From Hyaloraphidium curvatum SAG 235-1 (taxonomy: Eukaryota > Fungi > Monoblepharomycota): DNA of 64,000 bases. The stretch is from positions 310,001-374,000 of the forward strand of contig JAIVFI010000006.1 in the NCBI GenBank assembly GCA_025558095.1, given 5' to 3'. The notes under the pieces were generated by a model. It saw nothing but the letters and a program-made list of their open reading frames with translations. It searched no databases and had not been told where the DNA came from. Position 1 is the first letter of the stretch. Each line of letters starts with the position of its first letter. Positions 1-10,521 of this stretch are shown here, piece by piece. The position numbers and the translations under genes are program-made.

Positions 1-69
1 GATGGAGCCGGCCCCATAACTCGCAAGGCCGCACTCTCAACGCCAGTCGCCCAGCTCAAACCACTCACA

Positions 70-1639
70 ATGCTCGGCCAATATCTCCCCTCGTGGTTCG
101 CGGTGCCCCGCCGCGGACGTACCTACGTCTATGTACGACGCCCTGGCGGCGGCGATGCCCCGGTGTGGCTGCAGCTCTTGCTGTTTTCGCTCCTCGGGGG
201 TCTGGGTTGCCTCCTCGTCGCGAGGATCGAGCGCTCCCTCCACGAGAAGACCCTCTTCTACCCCATCATCGAGAAGAACGTCGTCGAACTTGGTTCCGAG
301 GCCGTGGATCCCGGGATGGCCGGCAACATGGTCCACTTGAACGCCCGGACTGTTGCCGCATCGGATCCGCCCGTAGACCCGCTGTTCCGGGTCGGCGGGT
401 TTGACCAGAGCATCAGGCTCAGGCGGCGTGTCGAATTCTGCGAGTGGCGCGAGTTTTCAACGGAATCCTGCCGCAAGACGGGGAGCGGCGACAACGAGAG
501 GGAGGTCTGCACGTGAGTCGCTGGTGCTCGGTTGTCAACTTCTGCTAACGCTTCGCCCCCTCAGTCGCCAGTACTACTACATCAAAGATTGGCAGTCTTC
601 GCACGTAACCTCCATGATGTTCGACCAGCCGTTCGGGCACCAAAATCCGTCGAGGCCGGAGCTTATGCAGCTGCTTCGGGACGGCGGCGGCGATGCGCAC
701 ACCGGCGGCGCCATCTTCGAGGCGCCGCATGTCTACGCCGCCCATACGTCCAACTCGGACCTCGTGGAACTCGACAAGCGTATCGTCTCGGCCTTCGATT
801 GGTTCCGCAACCTCGTGAAACCGACTCCGTCTATGCTCGAGGAGTTTCGCAGCTCACCTGCATCTTCGGCCGCCCTGCCGCCCGGAGAGCAACCCTCAGA
901 ATCCAAACCCGTGTTCCGTTACGTCGGCGGCGGCTACTTTGTCTCGTTTTACGCACCGGGGACGGGATGGAAGATCCTCCGCGGGCTCGGCATGGCGTTC
1001 GACGGCTCGTTGCTGGACTACCAAATCGCAGACTTGTTCTCAAAGTGCGAGGCCGGTGATGTGCGGGTGAGCTTCGATGTAGTCGAGGCGTCGCCGGTTT
1101 CGGTCGTCGGGAAGCTCGGGTTCGCCGAAGGAAACGCAGGCACGTCTACACCTCATCTGACCGCCATCAATCCGTCGTGGCTCCTTGCATCTCACGGCAA
1201 AAGGAGCGCAGCTCACTCGGGCGACCCAATCGTGATTGTGCGGCAGGGCCGTTACGGCGCATCGCAGTTGATCTCTGCGGACCTTCGTTTTACGCGTATC
1301 TGGTCGTACGGTTTGAGGCTCGCATTCGCCGCTGTCTGCGTCTTTAGTGCGCGGGCAACGTCGAAGGGTGGCCCTTGGATCCCGCACATAGTTGCCGCGG
1401 CGGCTTTTTCCGTCGCCGTCTTCTGGATTCTCGGCGCGGTTCATTCCGTCGCCGGCACTGGCAGCGCGGGTCAGTGGAGCGCGTGGATGCTGCTCATGGG
1501 GTCTTTGGCGTTGTGGATGTGGCGCATTGCCCCTCGGTTCGCGGAATGGCTGTGGGCTTCCTATCCTTCTTCTTGGGACGCGCCCGCAGATGTTCAGATG
1601 GAACCCATGGGGTTCACGGACGGAAAGAAGGCAGATTGA
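70..1639 (+). CDS. TMEM43: TMEM43/LUMA-family membrane protein (2 exons; intron 513-564)
   Basis: ORFs 70..516 and 401..1639 join via GTGAGT...CTAAC...TCAG. N-terminal TM, LRRRVEFCEWRE and YYYIKDW...FDQPFGHQNP motifs typical of TMEM43, C-terminal TM helices. Confidence 0.75.
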
Positions 1640-1674
1640 CTAGCCTGATGTATTTGAGGTGCAAACAGGGTGTG

Positions 1675-3217
1675 CTACAGCATTTTTTGGGCCTCCAACT
1701 CCTTCTCGAGGAGGGAAGTGCTCAGGTCGAAGAGCCGCACGAGTTCCGTCACCTCGCCCTCCGTGATCGTGAGAGGAGGACTCAGCATTACCCAGTTTCC
1801 TTGAGATGGAGTCAGCGCAACTTCACGAGCAGGTTGCGGGTCGACACGCACCGAAGATGCCGCCGGCCGTGCGCCTGACGTAGAGCAGCAGGCCATTGTC
1901 CTCTGCAATCTCCTGGAAGCGGTACAGGGGGTCGATAGCTTGTCCGAGCTCAAACATTTCCTTCGTGTCCTTGTCCTTGACGATTTCGACAGCCATCAAC
2001 AGTCCCAGTCCGCGAACATCGCCGATAACGCGGTGCTTGGCCTTGACTTTCTCCATCTCCGCCTTTAGAAGCGCCCCCATCTTTGCCGCATTGTCGATCA
2101 GGTTGTTTTCCAACACCTCCCGCACGACCGCAAGAGCCACCGCACACTGCAAAGGGGTCGATGTGTACCTGAAAAGAGCGTCGAATGAGGATCGCCGCCG
2201 ACGGTACGTAAAGGAACGCACGTGTGACCGTGACTGAAGCCGCCGTTGTCTGCCACGGGCCTGACGATCCAATCCGGAGCAATGCACGCGCCGAAGGGGA
2301 CGTAGCCCGCTGCAAGGCCCTTCGCGGCGACAATGATATCCGGCCGCGCGTTCGGCCAATGTTCCGCGGCAAAGAACTTGCCTGTACGGCCGCTCCCGGA
2401 CATCACCTCGTCGTAAATCAAGAGCACGCCGTACTTGGTGCAGATCTCCCGCACACGGTTCATGTACCGCTCGGAAGCAACCAAAGCGCCGGTCGCCAGC
2501 CCTCCGACAGGCTCGAGAATAAACGCCATGACGGTATCCGGTCCCTCCGCGACTATTGTGTCCTCAAGCGCTCGCGCACATTCCTCCTCGTACTCGTCCA
2601 CCGACTTTCCGCCCGGTACGCGGTAGTTGAAGGGCGTGGGCACCTTGGGCCACTTGATCAGGATCGGGCCGTGGATCTTGTCGACGGCAGGATCGCCAGT
2701 GAGCGACAGGGCGCCGAGCGTTCCGCCGTGGTATGAGGGATTCCGCGAGATGATCTTCCATTTGCTCGGTTGGCCGATTGTAAAGAAATATTGGCGGACC
2801 AGCTTGATAGCCGCCTCGATGGCCTGTGCGGACACCGACCAGAGTTACGCGATGTAGACGAAGACGAGTGTTGCTCACCTCTGATCCTCCAGAGACAAAG
2901 AAGGCGCGATCGAAGCCAGGTCCTGCGAGCTTGCAAACGAGGTTGGCGAGTTCAACGTTCGGCTCGCTCTCAAAGTTGCGGTACGTCGCAAAGGCAGACC
3001 GCTGCGCCTGGTTCACCATGGCTGCAATAACTCTCTTATTCCCGTGCCCAATGTTGGAGACCACGGGCCCGCTGCTCGCGTCCAGGAGCTTCCTGCCGCC
3101 GCTGTAATGGAAGATTCCCTCCGAATAGTCCACTGCCGGCCTTCGCGGGGCCCCTTTCGGCAGGTAGAACTCGTGAATGCTACCTCCAGGGGCACTGCTG
3201 TCCCCGATGAGGGCCAT
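1675..3217 (-). CDS. Class III PLP-dependent aminotransferase (4 exons; introns 2878-2824, 2221-2169, 1851-1800)
   Basis: Motifs DASSG..VSNIGHGN, FFVSGGSEAIEAAIK, SYHGGT, ILEPVGG, LIYDEVMSGSGRTG, PLP-Lys in AAKGLAAGY, GDVRGLGL, LSPPL. Three GT-AG introns restore one frame. Confidence 0.92.
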
Positions 3218-3687
3218 CGGAGGCGGTCTCAAGCGCTACAGTTGGAGTTGGGAGACAAGTACGTGGTAGTGATCGTTCGACTCCTCGATCGATGGATCGA
3301 CCGACTGGATTCCGTTGCCGACCGCGGCGGCTATCGACATTCCGCGTACACAATACAGTACTTTACACAAGATCTATGAGACTCGGAAAGCTGCTATCAA
3401 CCGACATGGCTTGTGATTGTTGAGCCTGTCCCGGTTTCTGCTCGCTTTCGGTGCCTATCACCAAACGGTACCTGCTTCTACATTCGGCAGGTGCAGTCGA
3501 GTTTGGAAGGACTTTCTAGATGTTGCGTATGTCGTTGTCGAGATGGTCGGGTCTATTGGAGCGACGAAACTGGAGCCTCGACGCCTCGCCATGGCCTGGA
3601 CCCGGGCCGGGCCCAAACACAACAAGTCGTCAAGGACACACCCCGAATCAAAGGCTTCCGCGGCGCTGCGGCGAGGCCTCCCCAGCC

Positions 3688-5325
3688 ATGAGACTCCTGT
3701 TGCCGATTGCGCTAGCTGCCGGAACTTTCCTCGTGGCCCCGGTCGGAGCGCAGGCGCCGGCGTGCTGCCTGGAAGTTGTGCCCGCGTTCGTCGAACCGCA
3801 CCAGTTCCTTGTCAACGTCACGGTCAAGACGCCGCTGGCCAGGAAGAACCAGCAGCGTTTGGCGGTCGCCGTGAACTTCCCAGCCGATTTCGAGGTCGAC
3901 GATGACCTGCAACTTCGGCCCTTTGGCGACGTCAAGTGCGAGCGGCGCACGCACGACGTGGCCGGGACGAACTTCACGCGCAACTCTTTCGACTGTAGCA
4001 GCGCCTACAGTGACTTCTTCTTTGCCCAGTTCCGAATCAGGACGGCTCATTCAAACGAGGAACCCGCCGCTCCTTCCGCGCGCCTCTTCGAAACATGGTG
4101 CCCCGAGGCCAAACATTACTGCCCCACTCCGGAGCAGCTCCCCGACGAGTCCGGGACGATCACCATATTTGGAATCAGCGTGTCGACCACCACCCTGATC
4201 ATCGTTTGCTCCTGCATCGGCGTCGTCCTGGGCATCGCGCTCTTCCTGTTCTGCCGCTGGCACGCGAGGAGGAAGCACGAGAAGGGCGTGATTGAAATCG
4301 AACAGGCCCGCCGCAAAGGAGAGGACGTGGAATCTCAGCTCAAGACACGATCCACGGGCGTGGCCCTGCCGACGCAGGAGAAGGTGCTGCAACGTACCCG
4401 GAGCATCAAGAGCGACGACGACATCCTTGCCAGCGTCAAAGTCGAGGACCTGGAAGGTGGAGGCGCGGTGCGGACCGAGGAACCATCCGGTACGATACAG
4501 CGGTCCACCAGCAAGATGGCGATGGCGCGGAGCCTGAGCCAGTACGGGTCCAACTCGGAGCTGCACAAGGCCCTCACGATGGTGCCGCTGCACAAACGTG
4601 ACGACTACGGAAACGAGCGCCGGGCAAACACCATCGGTGGCTGGACAACCACCAAGAAAGTGCCCGACTCGACCATTCTCGTGATCAAGGAGCCCAAGCC
4701 TGCGACTTCGACCGCACCGGATGCTCCTCCCAAAGCCAGCGCGGACGACGACAATGCGCCTTTGAGCGAGGCAGCCAAACCGGAGATCAAGGTCTCTGTG
4801 GTGCCGTTCATTGGCGCCGGCAAACCGCTAGGCCCTGCCTCGGCGGAACCCCCTGCGACGAAGCCGCCTCTTCTCTCTCCGCCTGTCAGCGTGCCCCCTG
4901 CGAAGCCCATGCTGTCGCAGAGCTCTTTTTCAGTAGCACCTCTGCCGCCCGGCCCTTCTGCAGCACCATCTTCCAAACCAGCCCCGTCTTCGCGACCGGC
5001 GGCGCTGGCACAGCCTGTCAGCCTCGGTCGCAAGGATGTGCCAGAAGGCGCTCCATCTGCAGCGGAACCGGTGCCCGTGCCTGCTCCCGCTTCCGCTCCA
5101 GCAGCCGTGCCCACGGAAACTGCAGCTTCCTCCCCACGCCTCGGCCTAGCGGCGTCTCCCGCTGCATCGCCCAAGCTCGGAACGGTGCACCGATCCTCTA
5201 CCAAGAAACCTCGGAGGCCGGCGACGGCAAACGAGTACGTTCTTGCTTACGTCCCTGCTGCCATGGTGCGAGCGCAATCGTCAAAGAGGCCGCCGAACGC
5301 GAGGCCGAGTGATGGATCTGTCTGA
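3688..5325 (+). CDS. Uncharacterised type I membrane protein (signal peptide, Cys-containing ectodomain, TM, Pro/Ala/Ser-rich tail)
   Basis: Long ORF with ATG at 3688, signal MRLLLPIALAAGTFLVAPVGA, TM IIVCSCIGVVLGIALFLFC followed by RWHARRK. Confidence 0.75.
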   Translation: MRLLLPIALAAGTFLVAPVGAQAPACCLEVVPAFVEPHQFLVNVTVKTPLARKNQQRLAVAVNFPADFEVDDDLQLRPFGDVKCERRTHDVAGTNFTRNSFDCSSAYSDFFFAQFRIRTAHSNEEPAAPSARLFETWCPEAKHYCPTPEQLPDESGTITIFGISVSTTTLIIVCSCIGVVLGIALFLFCRWHARRKHEKGVIEIEQARRKGEDVESQLKTRSTGVALPTQEKVLQRTRSIKSDDDILASVKVEDLEGGGAVRTEEPSGTIQRSTSKMAMARSLSQYGSNSELHKALTMVPLHKRDDYGNERRANTIGGWTTTKKVPDSTILVIKEPKPATSTAPDAPPKASADDDNAPLSEAAKPEIKVSVVPFIGAGKPLGPASAEPPATKPPLLSPPVSVPPAKPMLSQSSFSVAPLPPGPSAAPSSKPAPSSRPAALAQPVSLGRKDVPEGAPSAAEPVPVPAPASAPAAVPTETAASSPRLGLAASPAASPKLGTVHRSSTKKPRRPATANEYVLAYVPAAMVRAQSSKRPPNARPSDGSV

Positions 5326-5398
5326 GAAACTTTGATTTGGAGCAGCTGGTCTGCGGCGAGATTTGATACAATTCTCTTCCGGCGAGGCGTTGGACATA

Positions 5399-5510
5399 GT
5401 GTTGAAGTGAAGGAGAGAGAAGCACACGTGTGTCGGTGACACGATTGGGCATTGTGTTGGAGTGTAGGAGAGAATGGAGCCAACGTGCGTCGGTGACACG
5501 ATTGTAGGGG
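5399..5510. repeat. Two-copy imperfect tandem repeat (~55-57 bp unit) in intergenic DNA
   Basis: GTGTTG.AGTG.AGGAGAGA...ACGTG(T/C)GTCGGTGACACGATTG occurs twice; the 22-bp cores at 5426-5447 and 5483-5504 match at 21/22. Confidence 0.8.
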
Positions 5511-5743
5511 CGTTGCAATGGCTGTTGGTCGGTTTCTGTAACATGGACAATCAAGAGCGCTTCTAGGTCTGCATGAGGCTAGGTCTGATCAATTTCTCAA
5601 GGGATCCGTGCTAGCCGCCCGCCGCTCACTGCAAACTCTGTGGCTCGCTCTATGCCCAACGGCGACCAGCAGTGGCGACAGCTACCGTACCTGTCGTCGG
5701 TACCGACCAGTAGCGGCGCTAGCCGCCGTTTCCGTCGTCCGCG

Positions 5744-7097
5744 ATGGCGGCCAACCCCGAGGACGCGCCGGAATCGGTCAAAATCGGGGGCACGCTCCTG
5801 ACCACGGTCGGGCGCAGGAGCGCGGCGCTCGATGCCGAGGACACTGTGCTGGATTTGCTGCTTCGCGAATCCCTCGTGGAGGACGGGCCAGCCAGACCCC
5901 GTCATGCACTCCCTGCGGAAATCCCGGGCTGGCCCCCCTGGCGCAACCGGCTTAGAAGCATATTCCGGTTTCCTTGGAGGTCAAAGGCCGGCCGCGTCTA
6001 CTCGGCATTCTCGAACCTCATTATACTGCTGGCCGTCCTCACGATGATCCTGGAGACCGTTCCGTCGCTGCGGTGGCCGGGAAAGAAGTCGGCGGAGGTG
6101 TTCTTTATTTTGGACCTGACCTGGACGGTGCTCTTCACCGTCGAGCTTCTCGTGAACTGCTCCGTCATGGCGAGCTGGAGGGAGTTCTTCTCGTGGTGGA
6201 CCCTGGTGGATTTTCTGAGTTGCGTCCCCTTCTACGCGACCTTGATCATCGCGGCCGCCACGTCTTCATCGGACTATGCCAAAAACGTGCCTTTGGCGGA
6301 CGGGCTCAGGCTATTGCGTCTTTTCCGGATCATCCGCCTGGTGAAGATCGCCCAGCACAACGTCACCATCCGGCTGCTATGGATTGCTCTGTGGCAGTCG
6401 CGGCAAGGGGTCATTGCGCTGCTGGTCGGGATCCCGCTCCTCACGATCTTCTTCGGGACGGCGACATACTATTTGGAGAGCTTTGCGTGCTACATGAACG
6501 ACCAGGGAGAATGGGTGTATTACACTTCGGGCCAAGTGTCCAGTTTTCAGTCGGCGATCGACGGTATTTGGCTCTCCATCGAGACCATCTCGACCGTTGG
6601 CTACGGCGACATGGTGCCGCAGGTGCGTTTCTTGCGGAGCTTGAATTTCGACCTAGCTAACTCACAACGGGCTTTAACTCACCGTACGGGGCGGCCATCA
6701 GACGTGGCAGGGTCGCTCACTTACTTACGTGGAGATCGTGCTCGCCATGATCATTGTTGCCTTCCCCCTCACGATTATCAGCTCCTCCTATTCGACCGTG
6801 TTTGAACAGTACCGTCTGCGCGCGAAGGCTTTGCGGGACGCGCGGAACGGGACTTTGAAGCACGTGGAACCGAATGCACTGAATGGCAGCAAGCCCGAGC
6901 CGACCCCCGACTGCGAAGCCAAGCCCCCGCCCTTCCCCGCTTCCATGGACATCCGCCTGCACCTTTCTTCGGCAGCGGATTGGGCGGCCGCAACGCGCTT
7001 CCTGCTGGACCTGCAGGCCTCGACGGGGATCCGGTGCGAGCTCTCCGGGCCTGCGGCGCCTCTTTTGCCTGGAGATGCTACATTTCCCGGCCCCTAG
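5744..7097 (+). CDS. Voltage-gated K+ channel alpha subunit, 6TM, no T1 domain (intron 6623-6701)
   Basis: S4 GLRLLRLFRIIRLVK and selectivity filter TISTVGYGDMVP. Splicing gives PQTWQGRSLTYVEIVLAMIIVAFPL (S6). Confidence 0.92.
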
Positions 7098-7119
7098 ATC
7101 CTCGAAATAGTTCCTTGGT

Positions 7120-9124
7120 TCATGCGAAGAGCGCCACGCGGGCCTCCTCGACCTCGACCTCGGTCTCGGCCTTGGCCTCGGCCTTCTTTGCCGCCGCCGC
7201 CGCTTTCTCCGCGGCCTTCGCCTCGGCAGCCAGCGTGTCCTTCAGGATGATCCGCACCACCTTCCTCTGATTGTCAAGAACGCCGTCCGCCTCGGCGATC
7301 CGCTCCAGAAGGGGCCCCGTGAGCCTCAACCCGCTCGTCTGCGCGACGTCCACCAGGCGGAACGCCTCGGCACCGTGGCCGGAGTTGAGGTACGCCAGCA
7401 CCACGTTCCGCAGCGTGTCCTGCGTTATGGCGATCCTGCGGCGCTGCATGTCGTGGTACAGCATCGCGACCGTCTCCATCCCCGGCGCGGCGTCGGCCAG
7501 GAAGAGCGCGCCCTCGGGGGCCTCGGCCTTCTGCCCCGGCGCCGCGAGCGCGGCGTGCTTGGCGATGAGCCGGTCGTACAGCGGTCTGAGCGCCGTGTTG
7601 GGCCACGACGCCACGCGGCCCTTTTCAGGCGGCGAGGGGAGGAAGGCGTACGCGGGTTTCCGGGCCTCCTCGAAGAGCGGCTCCACCGCGGCCTCCTCGC
7701 CCCGCCGGAGGAGCTCGTTCCAGTACATGCTGAAGAACAGCCCGCGGTCCTGGTGCGGGATGGGCACCGTGGGCTGAATCACGATGGAGCGGATGATGGT
7801 GAGGTCCTTCGTGCCGGGCTTGGCCACGTAGCTGATGCCTTTCATCAGCTCGCGCGGGTCCGGCACCAGGTCGACGAGCATCTCCGCGAACCAGGTTCCG
7901 TCGCGGAACGGGACCCAGTGCTCGATGCCCCGCATGACGCGGAGGAGCACGCTGAGCTGGTTGGTCTTGATGAAGGCCGGGATCACCGCGACCAGGGCGT
8001 CGCGCTTGACGGGGGTCTTGTTGCGGATGTGCCGGTAGAAGGTGCGGATAGCGGCGCCGGGATGGCCGCTCGCACGCTCGACGTCCATTCGGGCGCGCCA
8101 GGCCCGCTGGTCGGGGCGGACTAGGTATGTCGGGGTGAGGGCGTAGAAGAGCTCGAAGAATTTGGTACGCTCGGCGTGCCGCGCGTAGTAATCGAGGAGG
8201 GGATTGGTGGCAGCGCTGCGGGCCGGATGCCGGTAGTTTTGCTCGCGCTGCATGGCGTTGAAGAGCGCGACGGCGCCCTCAATGTCGTCGGCGGCCGCGT
8301 GGCCCTCGATGAGGACAAGGTAGAAGGGCCTCAAATCCGCAATGTCCGGATGCGAGGCCTTGAAGTCCTCAAAGACCGAACGCGCGCTGTCCAACCGGCC
8401 ACAAGCGACGTAGGCCTCGGCTGTCGCGAAGGCCACCTCGTCGGTAAGGCCGGCCCCGCCGGCCTCCAGCACGTAGCGCTCCACCTCTTCCAGATTCTTC
8501 ATTTTGCCGTAGAAGCGGATGAGGTGGTTGTAGCTCTCCGAGTCCAATTCGCAGCCTGTCAAGCGGAGGAAAGGAGGTCGCCGAGTCAGACCGCGATCCA
8601 ACGAGTGCAATCGGCCACTGGCCGCGATCTCACGCACCTGCCTCGACCATGTAGCCCAGCACGGTGGGAATCTCGGCGGCCCGCGCGGCCAGGACGGCCT
8701 CGGGCACGTCCTCCCCCGCCGAAAACGCCTCCAGCAGCGCGTTGAAAACCGGCAGCTCCAGCATGCCCACGCTGCCGTCCTGCGCCAGCCTGCCAAGCTG
8801 CGCCCACAGTGCAGCCGGCTGCGGCTTGCTCCGCCACGCGTCCATGATCGCCTGCACGGTGTCGAGCGGGTCTGCCGTCTCGATCGTGACGGGCTCCTGC
8901 GCGGCGCGGATGGCGGCAAAGTGGTCGGCCATGCTGATGCGCGTGCGGCGCTCGTGCACGGCGACGCGGCCGGCGTCGTCCTCCGCGGTCTGCGCGAGCT
9001 GGCGGGCCCGCGCCGTCGCCGACAGCCACCGCGGCGCGGCCGCCGCCATCGCGCGCAGCCCCGCCGCCCGCGGCACACCCGCCCGCGCCGCCGCCGCGCG
9101 CTGCACAATGCGCGAAACGGACAT
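7120..9124 (-). CDS. Mitochondrial pentatricopeptide-repeat (PPR)-like protein (intron 8637-8556)
   Basis: Arg/Ala-rich presequence MSVSRIVQRAAA. PPR-like units: VFNALLEAF, SYNHLIRFYGKMKNLEEV, FYLVLIEGHAAADDIEGAVALFNAM, TLRNVVLAYLNSGHGAEAFRLV. Confidence 0.75.
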
Positions 9125-9365
9125 GGCGGCGAACCCGCGAGGCGCTGTACGCGTGCCCGGCGAGCCGACAGAAAACCTGGTCGGCGGTTGGGCAAGGGAT
9201 CGGACGCAGATCGGACGGGGCGTCGACAACGGACGCCCGACGGAGCGGGCCATAGCTAGGCCGTCGAAGCTAAATCGGGTCATCCGAGCTCGGTTTCGCG
9301 TAGTACGCCTTCGGTTCTCTACTGTTGTCAGGCCGGATACCGGCGTTTGAGCCCCCCGCTCCAAC

Positions 9366-10165
9366 ATGAGCGGCATCCGCCGGCAGGTCGGCATCGCCGG
9401 CCTGCAGCGGCAGCAGCGCGCCATGGAGCAGTTCCGCGAGGTCGGCACGGCGCTGCAGACCCAGCAGCTCGACCAGCTGCGCCAGCAGCTCGCCTCGTTC
9501 CGCGCCAACCTCGAGGCGTTCGCTTCGAAGCACCGCAAGGACATACGGCGCGACCCGCAGTTCCGCATGCACTTCCAGAAGATGTGCAACCAGATCGGCG
9601 TGGACCCGCTGGCGTCTACGAAAGGGTTCTGGTCGGACCTGCTGGGCATTGGCGACTTTTACTTCGAACTTGGGATCCAGGTGGCCGAGTGCTGCCTGCG
9701 GACGAGGGACCGCAACGGGGGGCTCATCGACCTCGAGGAGCTGAAGCGGCTGGTGGAAAAGAGCAGGGGCCGCGCCGCGCAGGAGATCACCGAGTGCGTT
9801 GATTTACCGCTGCGGACTGTTGACCGTACTGACCTCGGTGCTCCGAAACCGTCAGGGACGACATCGTCCGCGCCATCAAATCCCTGCAACCCCTCGGCAG
9901 CGGCTTCGAAATCCTCACCCTCGGCTCCCGCCGCGTCGTCTCCTCCGTCCCGCGCGAGCTCAACGTGGACCACTCGGCCGTGCTCAACGCGGCGCAGGCC
10001 GCGGGCGGGTTCGTCACGATGGACGCGATGCTCGCTCGGGGTTGGGCGAGGGAGAGGGCCGAAGCGGCGCTGGAGGGGATGGTGAGGGAGGGGATATGCT
10101 GGGTGGACCTGCAGGCGGCGCCGACGGAGTGGTGGATTCCCGGTTTCTTTGGGGGGGACGAGTGA
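9366..10165 (+). CDS. SNF8: ESCRT-II subunit Snf8/Vps22 (intron 9794-9855)
   Basis: FASKHRKDIRRDPQFRMHFQKMCNQIGVDPLAS, LGIGDFYFELGIQVAECC, EDDIVRAI, GICWVDLQ. Confidence 0.95.
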
Positions 10166-10521
10166 GGCACGCCGGGCGAGGGTATCGCGGCCATCACTTG
10201 GCCATGACTTGCCGTGCAATCTGTCGTCCCGCGGTGGATGATTTTGCCGGTTTCTACTCGGCAGGCGCTGGTTTGGCATCAGCCGAGTTGAGGATCGATC
10301 CAACCCCCCGAGACGTTGCCAATTCTCGATGAAAATGATCCGGATTGGTAGGTAGCTCGTTGCGACCCCGGCGACTGGATTCTAAGCTTTCTTTCAATCA
10401 GGCTCGCCTTTCTCCGCGCTGTCGCCGTGCGAGAGCAACAGGCGGCTGAAACTCTTCCGTGCGGCAGAGAGAACACATTCCGACCGTCTCCAACAAGCAC
10501 GCACTCCATTATAGCTCGTAA

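Noticed and set aside
3260-3345. Cluster of GATC/CGAT sites as a candidate 6mA promoter island
   Set aside because: Enrichment cannot be shown by eye and methylation cannot be read from sequence.
5399-5510. Possible mini-CRISPR array
   Set aside because: Only two units, the 'spacers' resemble each other, there are no cas genes, and the context is eukaryotic.
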